Positions 13,437 to 13,547 of a DNA stretch of 13,547 bases are shown in pieces; the stretch's first letter is position 1, and each line of letters opens with the position of its first letter. Both the position numbers and the translations under genes were made by a program. Source of the DNA: a virus; IMG/VR virus record IMGVR_UViG_3300045988_029035, positions 1 to 13,547 of that record. One strand, given 5' to 3'. The notes beneath the pieces are model-generated. The model was given only the letters and a program-made list of their open reading frames with translations. It ran no database searches and was not told where the DNA came from.

Positions 13437-13547
13437 ACTCCCCTACCCTATGGGGCGTGGGCACTATATTTTGTGTCTATTGACATTTTGCACAAAAATT
13501 GGTGCGTTGGGGAAGAAAATTTTGTGCAATCTGCTATTACGTGTCCC
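13437..13547. repeat. Right inverted terminal repeat (ITR-R), 111 bp
   Basis: Exact reverse complement of 1-111. It ends ...CGTGTCCC-3', so the complementary strand also starts 5'-GGGACACG. Confidence 0.97.

Larger units (their letters stand above)
1..13547. mobile_element. Complete linear phage genome (phi29-like, protein-primed podophage) bounded by ITRs, shown in reverse orientation
   Basis: The window starts and ends exactly with a perfect 111-bp inverted repeat. Between the repeats is a full replication, packaging, lysis, head and tail gene set, all on one strand. No integrase or flanking host genes are present. Confidence 0.85.

Noticed and set aside
1-13547. ITR-flanked transposon, casposon or polinton-like element, or a tectivirus (similar size and ITR length to PRD1)
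   Set aside because: There is no transposase, integrase or Cas1, and no target-site duplication can be assessed. The capsid, connector, tail knob and ATPase match the phi29 tailed-phage set rather than a double-jelly-roll capsid with an FtsK-type ATPase.
1-13547. tRNA, rRNA, integrase/attachment site, or lysogeny module
   Set aside because: No cloverleaf-like or rRNA-like sequence and no recombinase or repressor ORF was seen. The non-coding space totals only a few hundred nt and is accounted for by the ITRs, promoters and hairpins.

Overview
This window is a complete linear dsDNA phage genome of 13,547 bp, not a chromosomal fragment. It is bounded by perfect 111-bp inverted terminal repeats (1-111 is the exact reverse complement of 13437-13547). 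It is shown in reverse orientation: all 16 genes I can support lie on the minus strand and are read from the right end to the left end. Nearly every gene has a GGAGG-type Shine-Dalgarno site, which suggests a Gram-positive (Bacillota) host. Gene order from right to left: an AT-rich early promoter region; three small early ORFs (one of 58 aa is missing from the ORF track); an SSB-like protein; a small ORF; a candidate terminal protein; a protein-primed family-B DNA polymerase; a phi29 gp16-like packaging ATPase; a near-consensus promoter followed by a 70-nt structured RNA; a holin; a small Cys-rich ORF; a scaffolding protein with a perfect (PAPQ)10 repeat; a phi29 gp8-like major capsid protein; a gp9-like tail knob; an M23 peptidase; a gp10-like connector; a lower-collar candidate; and a 768-aa beta-helix tail appendage. 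The element is therefore a miniature phi29-like (Picovirinae-type) podophage with an unusual fully unidirectional layout. I found no tRNA, rRNA, CRISPR array, integrase or transposase. All homology statements come from motif recognition and recalled reference sequences and need confirmation by BLAST or HHpred.
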